A stretch of 64,000 bases of DNA from Candidatus Heimdallarchaeota archaeon (GTDB taxonomy: Archaea; Asgardarchaeota; Heimdallarchaeia; Hodarchaeales; Hodarchaeaceae): contig CP070695.1 of the NCBI GenBank assembly GCA_020353515.1, forward strand, positions 4,879,466 through 4,943,465, in the 5' to 3' direction. Shown one piece after another: positions 31,701-40,453 of the stretch; position 1 is the first letter of the stretch; every line of letters starts with the position of its first letter. Made by a program: the position numbers and the translations under genes. The notes beneath the pieces are model-generated. The model did not search any database, was not told the origin of the DNA, and saw only the letters and a list, made by a program, of their open reading frames with translations.

Positions 31701-33712
31701 CCATTATGCTGATAGATTTGATTCTCCGTTATATGATTCTGATATGTCTTCCAAACATAAATCCCACTCCATTCATTACTAAATATCTCATTTCCAGCAA
31801 TATAGTTATGAGATATGTAATTTTCGTCAGTCGCAGGAAGCACAGTCACGATTGCAGTAGTTGTATATTCTTCAAGAGGCACTCCATCAAGCACAAATCG
31901 AGTGACAAATTCATGTTTTCCAACGGGTAGTGGCTCCGAGTAGTAATAGCCATCAAAATGCCATACTTTCGGGTTTTCAGGGTCACCCCAATCATCCCAG
32001 TAGACCTCAGAGTACCAAACGTCAACTAATTCGCCATCAACCGTCAAGAGGGTCTCTAAATTGTCATGTTCGTACCACGCTTGATCTACATCCTCATAGT
32101 TACCTGTTACCTGCCACGAGATATGGTCAGCCTCGGTAGCGGTGATATTTTGCCAGAACCGCATATGAACTTCCGAATAGGATTCAAAAGCGATTCCACC
32201 GCCCCGGTTATCATGAATAATATTATCCAGAATGCTATTGTAACTAGATGTCCCAAAGAGTCGAATTCCAGCCCATTCATTCCCGAAAAGCTCATTATCT
32301 TCAACTACATTTTCACACACCCATTCCAGACTTATACCATCTTCAGCTCCTCCAAAGATCGTATTGTTAGCTATTGTGTTAAACTCAGAAGGAAGATTCC
32401 ATCCAAAATCGTGGGCCACCATAATTCCTTTCATTCCACTTTGCTCAATCTGATTCCACACAATGCGATTTTCAGATGAACCATAAACACCAATACCTTC
32501 TCCATAATTATTGATAAGAGTATTAACTCCAATAATGTTATCATTGGAATTCTGGAGATGGATTCCGTTATGATTATCAAAAAGCATGTTAAAAATGATA
32601 AAATTACGCATAAACGGTGTCGATATTACTGTAACATAAGCAATGGGTTCACCTAAAGTTTCACCAGCAAGTACAAACTGTGACGCGAATTCATGGTCTC
32701 CAACAGAGAGAGGATCAGAGAGATAAGATATATCAAAACACCATTGTTCACCATCAAAGTAAACCTCTGAAAAAGATGCATCAACTAGATATCCATCAAC
32801 TGTCAAACTAACTTGAAGTAGGTCGTCATGAACCTCTTCAATAGGGAACTCAGAGTACATCTCAAACCAGATAGCTTTCCAAATAATGCTGTCACTATCT
32901 GTAGCAAAAATATGTTGATTCGGCCATAACTCTAAAACAGAGTAAGGATCATTAAAGATATAGATTCCTTCATTGTTGTTATAAATAGAATTAGACCGAA
33001 TAAAGTTCATTCCAGCTTTGTTTTCAAGATAGATTCCGAATTCATTATTAAAAATTTCATTTTCTCGAATGTAATTTTCCCGAGAATTCGATAGATAAAC
33101 TCCTGTAGCTGAATTTTTGATTATATTGTTTTCAATTGTTCCGTGGGTCACATCGAATAGTTGTATAGCATTGAATCCGCTATATAATCCATCAAGAAGA
33201 TTATTACCTATATAGAAATATACACTCGTCCCACTAATCGTTATTAAGTTGTCATCCCAGCTAGCGAAGCTGAATCCCTCTATCCTATAGGGATCATCGA
33301 TTGTTCCTGATCCAGGATATCCTTGATTGACAAACTCCTCGTCACTTTCAATATAAATAGGATCATGCTCATCATACTGAGAAGACAGAGAACTAAGTTT
33401 AAACGTAGGAGATTCAATTCCCACTGATTGCTTTGGGCTAAAACCCTCTGTTAACGATTTCTGGGTTTTTAAGAAGTCTTTATACTTATATTGACGATTA
33501 GAGATTACTGTTTGACGATTTAGTCTTCTTTCAACAGTTTCAGATTGCATTAAATTTCCTTCTTGGTTATACAAAGAATTGATGATCTCTTGATATTCGG
33601 AAACATCACCAGTTGCAAATAATTGATTATTAACTAAAGAAAAAACGCCTAAAAATAAGATCGAAACTGTAGAAAGACAAATTATTTCTTTCTTTCTAAA
33701 GAACAAATTCAT
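28745..33712 (-). CDS. Large secreted right-handed beta-helix (NosD/CASH-like) protein with five inserted beta-rich modules
   Basis: Signal peptide, G.GT..DPY.IEG start motif, many GI.L..S..N.I..N.I..N coils, repeated inserts. Confidence 0.85.
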   Translation of the reverse strand: MNLFFRKKEIICLSTVSILFLGVFSLVNNQLFATGDVSEYQEIINSLYNQEGNLMQSETVERRLNRQTVISNRQYKYKDFLKTQKSLTEGFSPKQSVGIESPTFKLSSLSSQYDEHDPIYIESDEEFVNQGYPGSGTIDDPYRIEGFSFASWDDNLITISGTSVYFYIGNNLLDGLYSGFNAIQLFDVTHGTIENNIIKNSATGVYLSNSRENYIRENEIFNNEFGIYLENKAGMNFIRSNSIYNNNEGIYIFNDPYSVLELWPNQHIFATDSDSIIWKAIWFEMYSEFPIEEVHDDLLQVSLTVDGYLVDASFSEVYFDGEQWCFDISYLSDPLSVGDHEFASQFVLAGETLGEPIAYVTVISTPFMRNFIIFNMLFDNHNGIHLQNSNDNIIGVNTLINNYGEGIGVYGSSENRIVWNQIEQSGMKGIMVAHDFGWNLPSEFNTIANNTIFGGAEDGISLEWVCENVVEDNELFGNEWAGIRLFGTSSYNSILDNIIHDNRGGGIAFESYSEVHMRFWQNITATEADHISWQVTGNYEDVDQAWYEHDNLETLLTVDGELVDVWYSEVYWDDWGDPENPKVWHFDGYYYSEPLPVGKHEFVTRFVLDGVPLEEYTTTAIVTVLPATDENYISHNYIAGNEIFSNEWSGIYVWKTYQNHITENQIYQHNGDGIYLEDSTDNIVDSNIIFGNNVGIGVRSANSNILTNNEIFDNFWNGIDISGVASENSITENLIHNNGGAGICLDSYSDVFMRFWQDITATEADYISWQMTWGYVDKDQALYNHSNLETLLTVDGELVDVWYSEVYWDDWGDPEWPYQWHFNVDYFSDPLPVGEHEFVVQCILEGEIILEHTAYVTIIPATDEDYVSHNYLSGNEIFGNEWGGIFIMRSHYNMITQNQIIDNIGCGIELLGSHNIISENCVSGNGFEGIRLSGDDSRDIYSEFNTIECNEISGNGQTGINLDSANYNLVVYNEISEHPEVGIGLGGKSSNNILLENVIYNNWNGGISLDSYSEVQMRYREDITATEVDYISWQVTLLEPEYDDILYWYNSLVAELTIDGEVVDIWYSEIYYDEEWQQWRYDINYYSDPLPIGDHEFTTEFFIEGVLREEWTATAIVSVLPVTDDDYASHNSIVNNEIFSNGWTGINIWRAHKNYISQNIISENGFAGILLDTSSYNILDMNVISYNSEQGIWIGNSEFNELTNSYISSNGADSGLNLYHCSNHLVSGNTITENMFGILLEESDSNRIIGNIVSDNYETGIQLMGTSSGNTIDGNIIHRNGVHGIAIDSYTEVHMRYGQDITATEVDYISWQITIIDPTYDGILYWYNSLEVELTVDGESVDIWHSEIYYDEGWEQWRYDIDYYSDPLSVRDHEFTTQFYLDGVLQEAWTKTAIVSVLPATDDDYASHNYIANNEIYSNVWAGIGFWRANKNSIVRNTINECAIGIYLRGSTVNLIKDNVVFENSMTGIVLTRESNFNEVKRNFVNGNNLNGIVIAWSNTNQITRNYIQQNMVNGIILIGSDHIKISRNIVVDNYEAGILLEESSENSIRRNVLKDNSNAGIALISGSHDNRIFRNLIQGSYFGILLDSSNKNHISRNVVYNNDEGICLSYSSSNRLSRNFVFFNSIGIHLIGSSDTRLSRNKVFHNDIDILEEP
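29498..32946 (-). repeat. Five dispersed ~110-120 aa repeats inside the beta-helix gene
   Basis: Repeated SYSEV.MR..Q.ITATE.D.ISWQ...LTVDGE.VD.W.SE.Y...SDPL.VG.HEF; approx. 32946-32610, 32183-31817, 31475-31113, 30683-30332, 29849-29498. Confidence 0.85.
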
Positions 33713-33968
33713 CCCCTTTTTTTTATTTTTAGAGATACTTTAGATATATCTCAATCGAAGTTATAAAAAATAGATAGATCTGTTACGTTTTGGAAACTAT
33801 TTTCCCTTTTTTCATACTTCAATGTAACTAATTTTCATCAATTACAACTAAGATATATAACTACTGCGTTATAAAAATGTTTCGAAAAATAATATAACGT
33901 AAAATCAAGTCATTCAATTTTCCCTGTAAGTTATAATATATTTTGATAGTGCCCAAGAATGTTGCGTA

Positions 33969-34301
33969 ATGAGAGTATCATTAATGATCAAACCTAAATT
34001 TTCAGTTACCCGCTGTCCTAATAATCCACAACGTTGGAATGTGTATTTTAACAATTCCACACCTTTTGATTCGCAGTCAATCCGTAAAAAATTAGAAAAA
34101 AAGCAATTTCAAGTACTTGCAACTACTCCCAATATATTGGTCGTTCGTTCTAAAGAAGCTCGTCTCACATGGCATATCGAGGGACTTATCCAAGTGGATA
34201 TCTATAATCATTCAAGCTATGATGTGAAAGATATCGAACACCTTATTAAAGATATTTTTGATGTAGATTCAGTTAAATTTTCCGGTGAGTCACTTGGGTG
34301 A
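33969..34301 (+). CDS. Hypothetical protein, overlapping gcvH-like gene
   Basis: 110-aa ORF with alpha/beta pattern, 3' end overlaps next gene. Confidence 0.6.
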   Translation: MRVSLMIKPKFSVTRCPNNPQRWNVYFNNSTPFDSQSIRKKLEKKQFQVLATTPNILVVRSKEARLTWHIEGLIQVDIYNHSSYDVKDIEHLIKDIFDVDSVKFSGESLG

Positions 34302-34821
34302 AAAACAGTTAGAAATTTCAACAAAGAAGTTTGACAAGGAACTCCAGCAAGAAGTCTCAGTTACTTACATTTTTCCTTTAGACCGCTACTATTACGCGGG
34401 TGATCCGGGACATATCTGGTTTAAACCATTTAATTCTATTTTTGAGGTGGGTTTTGACTCTTTTGGGCAACAACAAGCAGGACCTCTCCTTCATATTAGA
34501 ACACGCCCTCTTGGGAAGGAATTCCCACAAGGGACGGCTTTTGGAACAGTTGAAAGTGATAAGTGGATTGGTCCTCTCCGCTTACCTTTAACTGCAGTCC
34601 TTCTTGAAGCAAATACAGCAGTTATAGATAATCCGCAACTTGTTAATAGCGACTGCTATAAATCTTGGGTGCTTCGTATTAAACCAACGAAACTCGATGT
34701 GGAAATTTCATCCAAGGATATCATTTCCATAGGAGATCTAGAAAGTTTGAGAAGTTATGTTATTTCTGACCTTGAGAAATATGAGGAACCGCCTATTAAG
34801 GTAAATTTATCTGAAATTTAG
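34285..34821 (+). CDS. Glycine cleavage H-like lipoate-binding protein
   Basis: D.YY...H.W, GFDSFGQ..AG, FGTVESDKWIGP (lipoyl Lys), N.AV.DNP.LVNSDCY..W. Confidence 0.85.
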   Translation: MSHLGEKQLEISTKKFDKELQQEVSVTYIFPLDRYYYAGDPGHIWFKPFNSIFEVGFDSFGQQQAGPLLHIRTRPLGKEFPQGTAFGTVESDKWIGPLRLPLTAVLLEANTAVIDNPQLVNSDCYKSWVLRIKPTKLDVEISSKDIISIGDLESLRSYVISDLEKYEEPPIKVNLSEI

Positions 34822-35045
34822 AGATGGGTCGAAATTTAGCATTTAAAAAGGTATAAATAGTGTTATATGTATTCTAGGAATCGAATTCAGGAAAATAGCC
34901 TTTATCATTTTTCTGATTATGAAATCAGCTTTTCTTAAGGAAAATTGATGTGATAGTTTTTCTAGTAAGTTTTATATACATAGAAAAGTAAGTTTTCATC
35001 AGAAAGAATTTTGTCGTTCCGATCTCTTCTTTAGGGGAAACAAAA

Positions 35046-35171
35046 ATGGACTTAATGACAATAATTATGACAATTTTAGGATTAGGTCTCTTAATAGTTT
35101 TAGGAGGGTTTCTAATTATTGGGATTCTCGTAATATTATATTTAGTTATTACAGGGAATCGTTGGGACTAA
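35046..35171 (+). CDS. Small single-TM membrane protein (41 aa), not in ORF track
   Basis: MDLMTIIMTILGLGLLIVLGGFLIIGILVILYLVITGNRWD*, preceded by GGGGA RBS-like site and a TTTATATA box. Confidence 0.6.
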   Translation: MDLMTIIMTILGLGLLIVLGGFLIIGILVILYLVITGNRWD

Positions 35172-35185
35172 AATTCGCTTAAATC

Positions 35186-35680
35186 CTACACAGGACCAGA
35201 ATATTTTACTTGGTTGCCAAGATTTTCAGCAATAGTGATATCTAAAGAGCTTATTAAATCAGGATAGCTTATGTTAAGCCAGGAACTGAATCTCTGATGT
35301 AAATAGAAAGCTAAACCTTCAGTTGTGGTTTGTTCTATCCCATTGAGAAGAATAGTATCCTGTTTAGGAAAAGAATATGTTTTATCATTAATAACTGTGA
35401 CTTCCCAATTCATTCCATCTAGTGATGAATGGATCTTAATCTTAGATGATTTTTTAGGAAGGAGGATCTTTTGGTCTAATAGTTGTAATTCCTGTCTGAT
35501 TATAGCATTTACGGATCGAAAATCTATTGTTGAGGTAAGATCTTTGTGAGAATACTTTATCTTGACTGTAACAGAATAATTATGACCATGAAGACGGTCA
35601 CATTTGTCAAAATCAACCAAGAAATGGCAAGCAGAGAAAGAATTCTTGGCCTGTGAAAAAATTTGTTCAAGTTCAGGCAT
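35186..35680 (-). CDS. queD: 6-carboxytetrahydropterin synthase (PTPS family)
   Basis: FSACH, CDRLHGHNY, IDF, TTEGLA. Confidence 0.8.
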   Translation of the reverse strand: MPELEQIFSQAKNSFSACHFLVDFDKCDRLHGHNYSVTVKIKYSHKDLTSTIDFRSVNAIIRQELQLLDQKILLPKKSSKIKIHSSLDGMNWEVTVINDKTYSFPKQDTILLNGIEQTTTEGLAFYLHQRFSSWLNISYPDLISSLDITIAENLGNQVKYSGPV

Positions 35681-35914
35681 TTTTGCTTACCGTCTGTTTC
35701 TGGATTGATAAAAAATGTCCTTTTTCCTTTAAATGTCTATAAAGATTAAACATAATTGTATTTATCTTCAAATCTTTTTTCAGGAGAGAATTATCAGATT
35801 AATTACTTATTATATCAACTCTTTTATAAAAAATTTGGGGATATTACTGGAATATCACGGTTTCTTTAATTTTCAGCCTGCAATTGTTGTATTAACAATA
35901 TTGCAGGAGATATA

Positions 35915-36445
35915 TTGTTGGCCGTTCAGGATTTCACCGCGAAATTAGTTCTTTTAGGAGATGGAAGGGTAGGAAAAACATCATTATGCTCCCACTTACG
36001 TACTCACCGAATCCCAGGAACATACGATCTCACAGTAGGCTTGAACATTGAAGTACACGAAACGAAAATAAAACAAGGAACATCTGTAAAGCTTGTTTTA
36101 TGGGATTTAGCTGGACAAAAAAGATTTGGATGTGTCCGACCTGGCTTTTATTATGGAAGTCGTGTCGCTTTGATTGTGTTTGACCTTCAAAATAGGGGAT
36201 CTTTCTTTGATGTTAAGCATTGGATCCGAGAATTAAAACGCCACAGCCCCGAAACCCCTTTCATTCTTGTTGGTAATAAGTCAGATCTTCTAAAACGAGA
36301 AGTTTCAAAAGAGGAGGCAATAAGTGTTGCACAGGAATATTCAGTACCCTACTATGAAACCAGTGCTCTAAAAGGGAAGAATGTTGAAGAAGTATTCCAA
36401 ATGGCAACTCGTATAGCTCTCCGAGGGACTTGTGTGGCCTACTGA
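35915..36445 (+). CDS. Rab-like small GTPase (eukaryotic signature protein)
   Basis: G1 GDGRVGKT, G2 YDLTVG, G3 WDLAGQ, G4 NKSD, G5 ETSAL. Confidence 0.92.
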   Translation: MLAVQDFTAKLVLLGDGRVGKTSLCSHLRTHRIPGTYDLTVGLNIEVHETKIKQGTSVKLVLWDLAGQKRFGCVRPGFYYGSRVALIVFDLQNRGSFFDVKHWIRELKRHSPETPFILVGNKSDLLKREVSKEEAISVAQEYSVPYYETSALKGKNVEEVFQMATRIALRGTCVAY

Positions 36446-36645
36446 ATGTTATGGGAGCATTTTTCTTTTTATTTGACAAATATCAGTAAAAGCGACCTGT
36501 AATTAATGATAATGTAAGTTTCAGAATATTCTTTTCTGTTGTTTTTTCTAAAATAACACTAGAAACTTACTAAAATTGTATATTAATCTGGATAAATTGT
36601 CGTTAGACTACATCTACGGCGATCTTAACAAGTCTTGGTAACCTA

Positions 36646-37350
36646 ATGTTTGAAGAGTCCTTCAATTTGGTGATTATTCTGAGTACAAGAAAGCAACGAC
36701 TTGGGCTAATAACATTAATTCTAATCACAGGTATTTCATGTGGTTTAGTCATTCAATCTACCGCTACTTCTTCAGGAGGAGCTGCTTTTGTTCTTCTAGT
36801 CCGTCTAGGATTGGATACTACTACAGTGTATCATGCAGAAGAATTCACTTTGAGTCTATCAATTGAAAATGTTTATGGCTTTGAAGATATCCCAGAAATC
36901 TCATTAAGATTCAAAATTCCGACAGAGGTTGAAATTTTATCTACTTCTGTACCAGAGCTTGATATTGAGAATATTACTGATGAGCTCTATCACGAATTTG
37001 GACTCCTGCCTATAGATGAAATGATTCGGTTTAGAATTGTATTCAACGTTACATCTACTGAGGTAAAGGCAATTTCTATACAGTCCGTTAATGTTACTTA
37101 CAGACTTATGAATGGAATCACAGGATTTATTGCACAAAACTCAGAAGACATTAGATTGAGTGGAAAGAAGGTGACTACTAAAACAGAACCACTCCTTCCG
37201 ATTCCTATTGGACTAATAGATGAAATTGACTTTGTTTTTGCGAAAATCCCAGCGGCACCATTTTTTTCGATAATTGGATACATATTTCCCTTATTGTTTT
37301 ATAGCCTAAGTATAATCGTTTTACGACGCATTCGTTATGTAAGGACCTAA
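36646..37350 (+). CDS. Secreted/type I membrane Ig-like protein, TRAP-beta/BatD-like
   Basis: Signal peptide, beta-sandwich pattern (F.LSLSIENV, V.VTY), C-terminal TM plus basic tail. Confidence 0.55.
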   Translation: MFEESFNLVIILSTRKQRLGLITLILITGISCGLVIQSTATSSGGAAFVLLVRLGLDTTTVYHAEEFTLSLSIENVYGFEDIPEISLRFKIPTEVEILSTSVPELDIENITDELYHEFGLLPIDEMIRFRIVFNVTSTEVKAISIQSVNVTYRLMNGITGFIAQNSEDIRLSGKKVTTKTEPLLPIPIGLIDEIDFVFAKIPAAPFFSIIGYIFPLLFYSLSIIVLRRIRYVRT

Positions 37351-37520
37351 AATTAATAATCTTATCCTTAGGATTCCACAATTCTAATAATAGAAACAGG
37401 AAAATAAGTCATATACAAATATTTCGCCTTTTCTTCTCAATATGTGCCGATTATTTTAAAATAGCGAAAGTATTTGATTTTTCAAGATTAAATTAATATC
37501 AAAAAATGGTGTAAATCACT

Positions 37521-38924
37521 GTGACATTCCATCACCCGTATCTGCCTCAAACCGAAGCTCAAATAAACACAATGCTTGATGTAATCGGTGTCTCATCTAT
37601 TAACGAATTATTTTCAGGTATTCCAGAGAAATTACGGTCTACTAAATCACTCGACCTACCTAATTCACATTCTGAACAAGAAACCTTGTCAAAGATTACA
37701 CAAATTCTTTCACAAAATAAGACGATAAATACCTCTCCATCATTTTTAGGAGCAGGAATTTATCATCATTTCATTCCTGCTGTTATTTCATCCTTGATAA
37801 ATCGATCTGAATTCTATACATCATATACACCGTATGCTCCTGAAATCTCCCAAGGTATGCTACAAGCTTTGTGGGAATATCAGTCAATGATTGCTGAACT
37901 AACAGGACTAGATCTTGTAAATTCATCCATGTATGACATAGCAACTGCTTTAGGAGAAGCAGCATTAATGTGTACTAGAGTAACAAAAAAGGAGGTCTTT
38001 TTGGTTCCTTCTTATCTTCAACCCGAAAAATTTCAGACCCTTCAGACTTATGCTCAAGGACCACAAATTTCAATCATTACATATCCATATGACAAAGAAT
38101 CTGGAACTGTTGATCTGAATGCATTGAATGATCTTGCTAACTCTTATAAAAATCAAATTTCTGGAATTTATATAGAAAATCCCAACTTTTGGGGAGTTAT
38201 TGAATCAAATATTCAAGATGTTGAGAAAATAGTCCATGAATTCGAGGGAATATTTGTTGTTGGTATTGACCCGATTTCATTGGGAATTTTGAAGTCTCCT
38301 GGTGATTATGGAGCTGATATCGCCATTGGTGAGGGACAATCGATTGGATTGCCCATGAATTTCGGAGGTCCGTTATTAGGTATATTTGCTGTAAAAAATG
38401 ACAAAAAACTTGCTCGAGCTATGCCTGGTAGGATTATTGGTATTACTACAGAGTTAAAATCCTCAAAACGAGCTTTTACTATGACACTTCAAACACGAGA
38501 ACAACATATTCGTCGGGAAAAAGCCACATCAAACATTTGTACGAATAATGCTCTATGTGCACTCGCATCTACAATATATCTGAGTTTACTGGGGCCACAT
38601 GGCTTGAAACGATTGTCAGAACTTTGCATGTCTCGCACATCATACCTCTCAGAGGAATTAAACTCTATTGTTGGCATAACTTCGCCTTATTTTTCAGGAA
38701 TACCCTTTAAAGAATTTATCTTTCAATTAGATACAAAGTATTCTGCTAATAAACTTGATTTTTTCATTCGAGATAGTAATATTCAAGGGGGGTTATCATT
38801 AGAATCGCATTTCCGAGAACTAAAACAATGTTATCTTACAGCAGTCACAGAAATGACATCAATCGCTCACATTGACCAGTACACTAAAATTATTAGAGAA
38901 TTTTTGTCAAAATATGGAGGTTAA
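37521..38924 (+). CDS. gcvPA: Glycine dehydrogenase subunit 1
   Basis: FLGAGIY.H, YTPYAPEISQGMLQ, NSSMYD, LQTREQHIRREKATSNICTN. Confidence 0.95.
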   Translation: MTFHHPYLPQTEAQINTMLDVIGVSSINELFSGIPEKLRSTKSLDLPNSHSEQETLSKITQILSQNKTINTSPSFLGAGIYHHFIPAVISSLINRSEFYTSYTPYAPEISQGMLQALWEYQSMIAELTGLDLVNSSMYDIATALGEAALMCTRVTKKEVFLVPSYLQPEKFQTLQTYAQGPQISIITYPYDKESGTVDLNALNDLANSYKNQISGIYIENPNFWGVIESNIQDVEKIVHEFEGIFVVGIDPISLGILKSPGDYGADIAIGEGQSIGLPMNFGGPLLGIFAVKNDKKLARAMPGRIIGITTELKSSKRAFTMTLQTREQHIRREKATSNICTNNALCALASTIYLSLLGPHGLKRLSELCMSRTSYLSEELNSIVGITSPYFSGIPFKEFIFQLDTKYSANKLDFFIRDSNIQGGLSLESHFRELKQCYLTAVTEMTSIAHIDQYTKIIREFLSKYGG

Positions 38925-38928
38925 TAAA

Positions 38929-40452
38929 TTGTTCAGGCAAACATCATGGAAAAAGACTCTCATATTTGAACAATCCTCTCCTGGAAGAATAGGACACGAA
39001 GTAGAGACATTATCAGAAATTGAAGAGACTTCTCTTAATCGGATAATGCAGAAAATTCCGCCAGGACTTTTACGGCAAAAACAACTAGGTCTACCAGAAG
39101 TTAGTGAACTTTGTGTGGTTCGACATTTTACAAGGCTTTCTCAGATGAATTATGGCGTTGATTCTGGTTTTTATCCACTAGGTAGTTGCACAATGAAATA
39201 TAATCCAAAAATCTGTGATCTTGTCACTACTTTTCCAGAAGCTCAAAAAATTCATCCTTATCAAGATCCTAGGTCGGTACAGGGATCGTTACAAATCATG
39301 CATGAACTCGCAAAATGGTTGGCTGAACTTTCAGGAATGAAAAAGGTGACCCTCCAACCAGCTGCAGGCGCTCATGGTGAATATACTGGAATAATGATAG
39401 TTCGAAAGTACCATCAAATAAAAGGGAATTTAGATCGTAAACGGGAAATTATTGTTCCAGATAGTGCTCATGGAACAAATCCCGCTACGGTCTCGATGTG
39501 TGGGTTTGAAACAGTTGTTATACCCTCTAATGAAGGTGGATGTGTTGATATTGAAGCCTTACGATCTACTGTTAGTGAAAGAACTGCGGGTATAATGCTT
39601 ACAAACCCCAACACCCTAGGCCGATTTGAACCAGACATTGAGGAAATCACAAGAATAATTCATGAGGTTGACGGTCTGGCTTACTATGATGGAGCAAATT
39701 TCAACGCTATAATGGGAAAAGTACGACCAGGGGATATGGGGTTTGATATTGTCCACTTTAACCTTCATAAGACTTTTGCTACTCCGCATGGAGGAGGTGG
39801 ACCTGGCGCGGGCCCTGTTGGGGTCGTTTCACGTTTAGAACCTTTTTTACCAATACCTACAATAGATTTTGATCCTACTACGTATGAATACTTCCTCCAA
39901 TATGATCATCCCCATTCGATTGGTAAAGTTAGATCCTATTATGGTAATTTCTCTATAATACTTCGAGCTTATGCCTATATTCTTAGATTAGGGTATGAGG
40001 GATTAAAAGCTGTCTCGGATATGGCAGTGTTGAATGCAAATTATATGAAAACATTGAGTCAAAAAATTAAGGGTTTTACCATTCTCTATGGGAAAGATTC
40101 TTTTTGTATGCATGAATTTGTATTATCGGCAAAAGAACTTCTAAAAGAAAAAAATATTTCAGCCTTGGACGTTTCCAAATTTATAATCGATCACGGTTTT
40201 CACCCTCCAACGATATACTTTCCATTAATCGTACCGGAAGCATTAATGATTGAACCCACAGAATCAGAATCAAAAAAGATACTAGATGAATTCATTGATA
40301 TATTAAAGGAAGTAAGTCATTTTGCATATACAGATCAACAAGATTCTATTTCTGAAAAACCTCTAAATGCTTCAGTTGGACGAATAGACGATGTGAAAGC
40401 AGCTAGGCAGCCAATACTGAGTTATAGAATGTTAAAACAAAAGGAAAGTTGA
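38929..40452 (+). CDS. gcvPB: Glycine dehydrogenase subunit 2 (start probably TTG 38929 after GGAGG)
   Basis: PLGSCTMKYNPK, SAHGTNPA, NLHKTFATPHGGGGPG, MIEPTESE. Confidence 0.95.
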   Translation: MFRQTSWKKTLIFEQSSPGRIGHEVETLSEIEETSLNRIMQKIPPGLLRQKQLGLPEVSELCVVRHFTRLSQMNYGVDSGFYPLGSCTMKYNPKICDLVTTFPEAQKIHPYQDPRSVQGSLQIMHELAKWLAELSGMKKVTLQPAAGAHGEYTGIMIVRKYHQIKGNLDRKREIIVPDSAHGTNPATVSMCGFETVVIPSNEGGCVDIEALRSTVSERTAGIMLTNPNTLGRFEPDIEEITRIIHEVDGLAYYDGANFNAIMGKVRPGDMGFDIVHFNLHKTFATPHGGGGPGAGPVGVVSRLEPFLPIPTIDFDPTTYEYFLQYDHPHSIGKVRSYYGNFSIILRAYAYILRLGYEGLKAVSDMAVLNANYMKTLSQKIKGFTILYGKDSFCMHEFVLSAKELLKEKNISALDVSKFIIDHGFHPPTIYFPLIVPEALMIEPTESESKKILDEFIDILKEVSHFAYTDQQDSISEKPLNASVGRIDDVKAARQPILSYRMLKQKES

Positions 40453-40453
40453 T

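Noticed and set aside
29498-32946. Repeats as CRISPR array or DGR template/variable repeats
   Set aside because: They are in-frame protein domain duplications; no constant repeat-spacer pattern, no reverse transcriptase, and differences are not adenine-specific
35733-35948. 71-aa ORF upstream of the Rab-like gene
   Set aside because: Spans the AT-rich divergent promoter region and has no features
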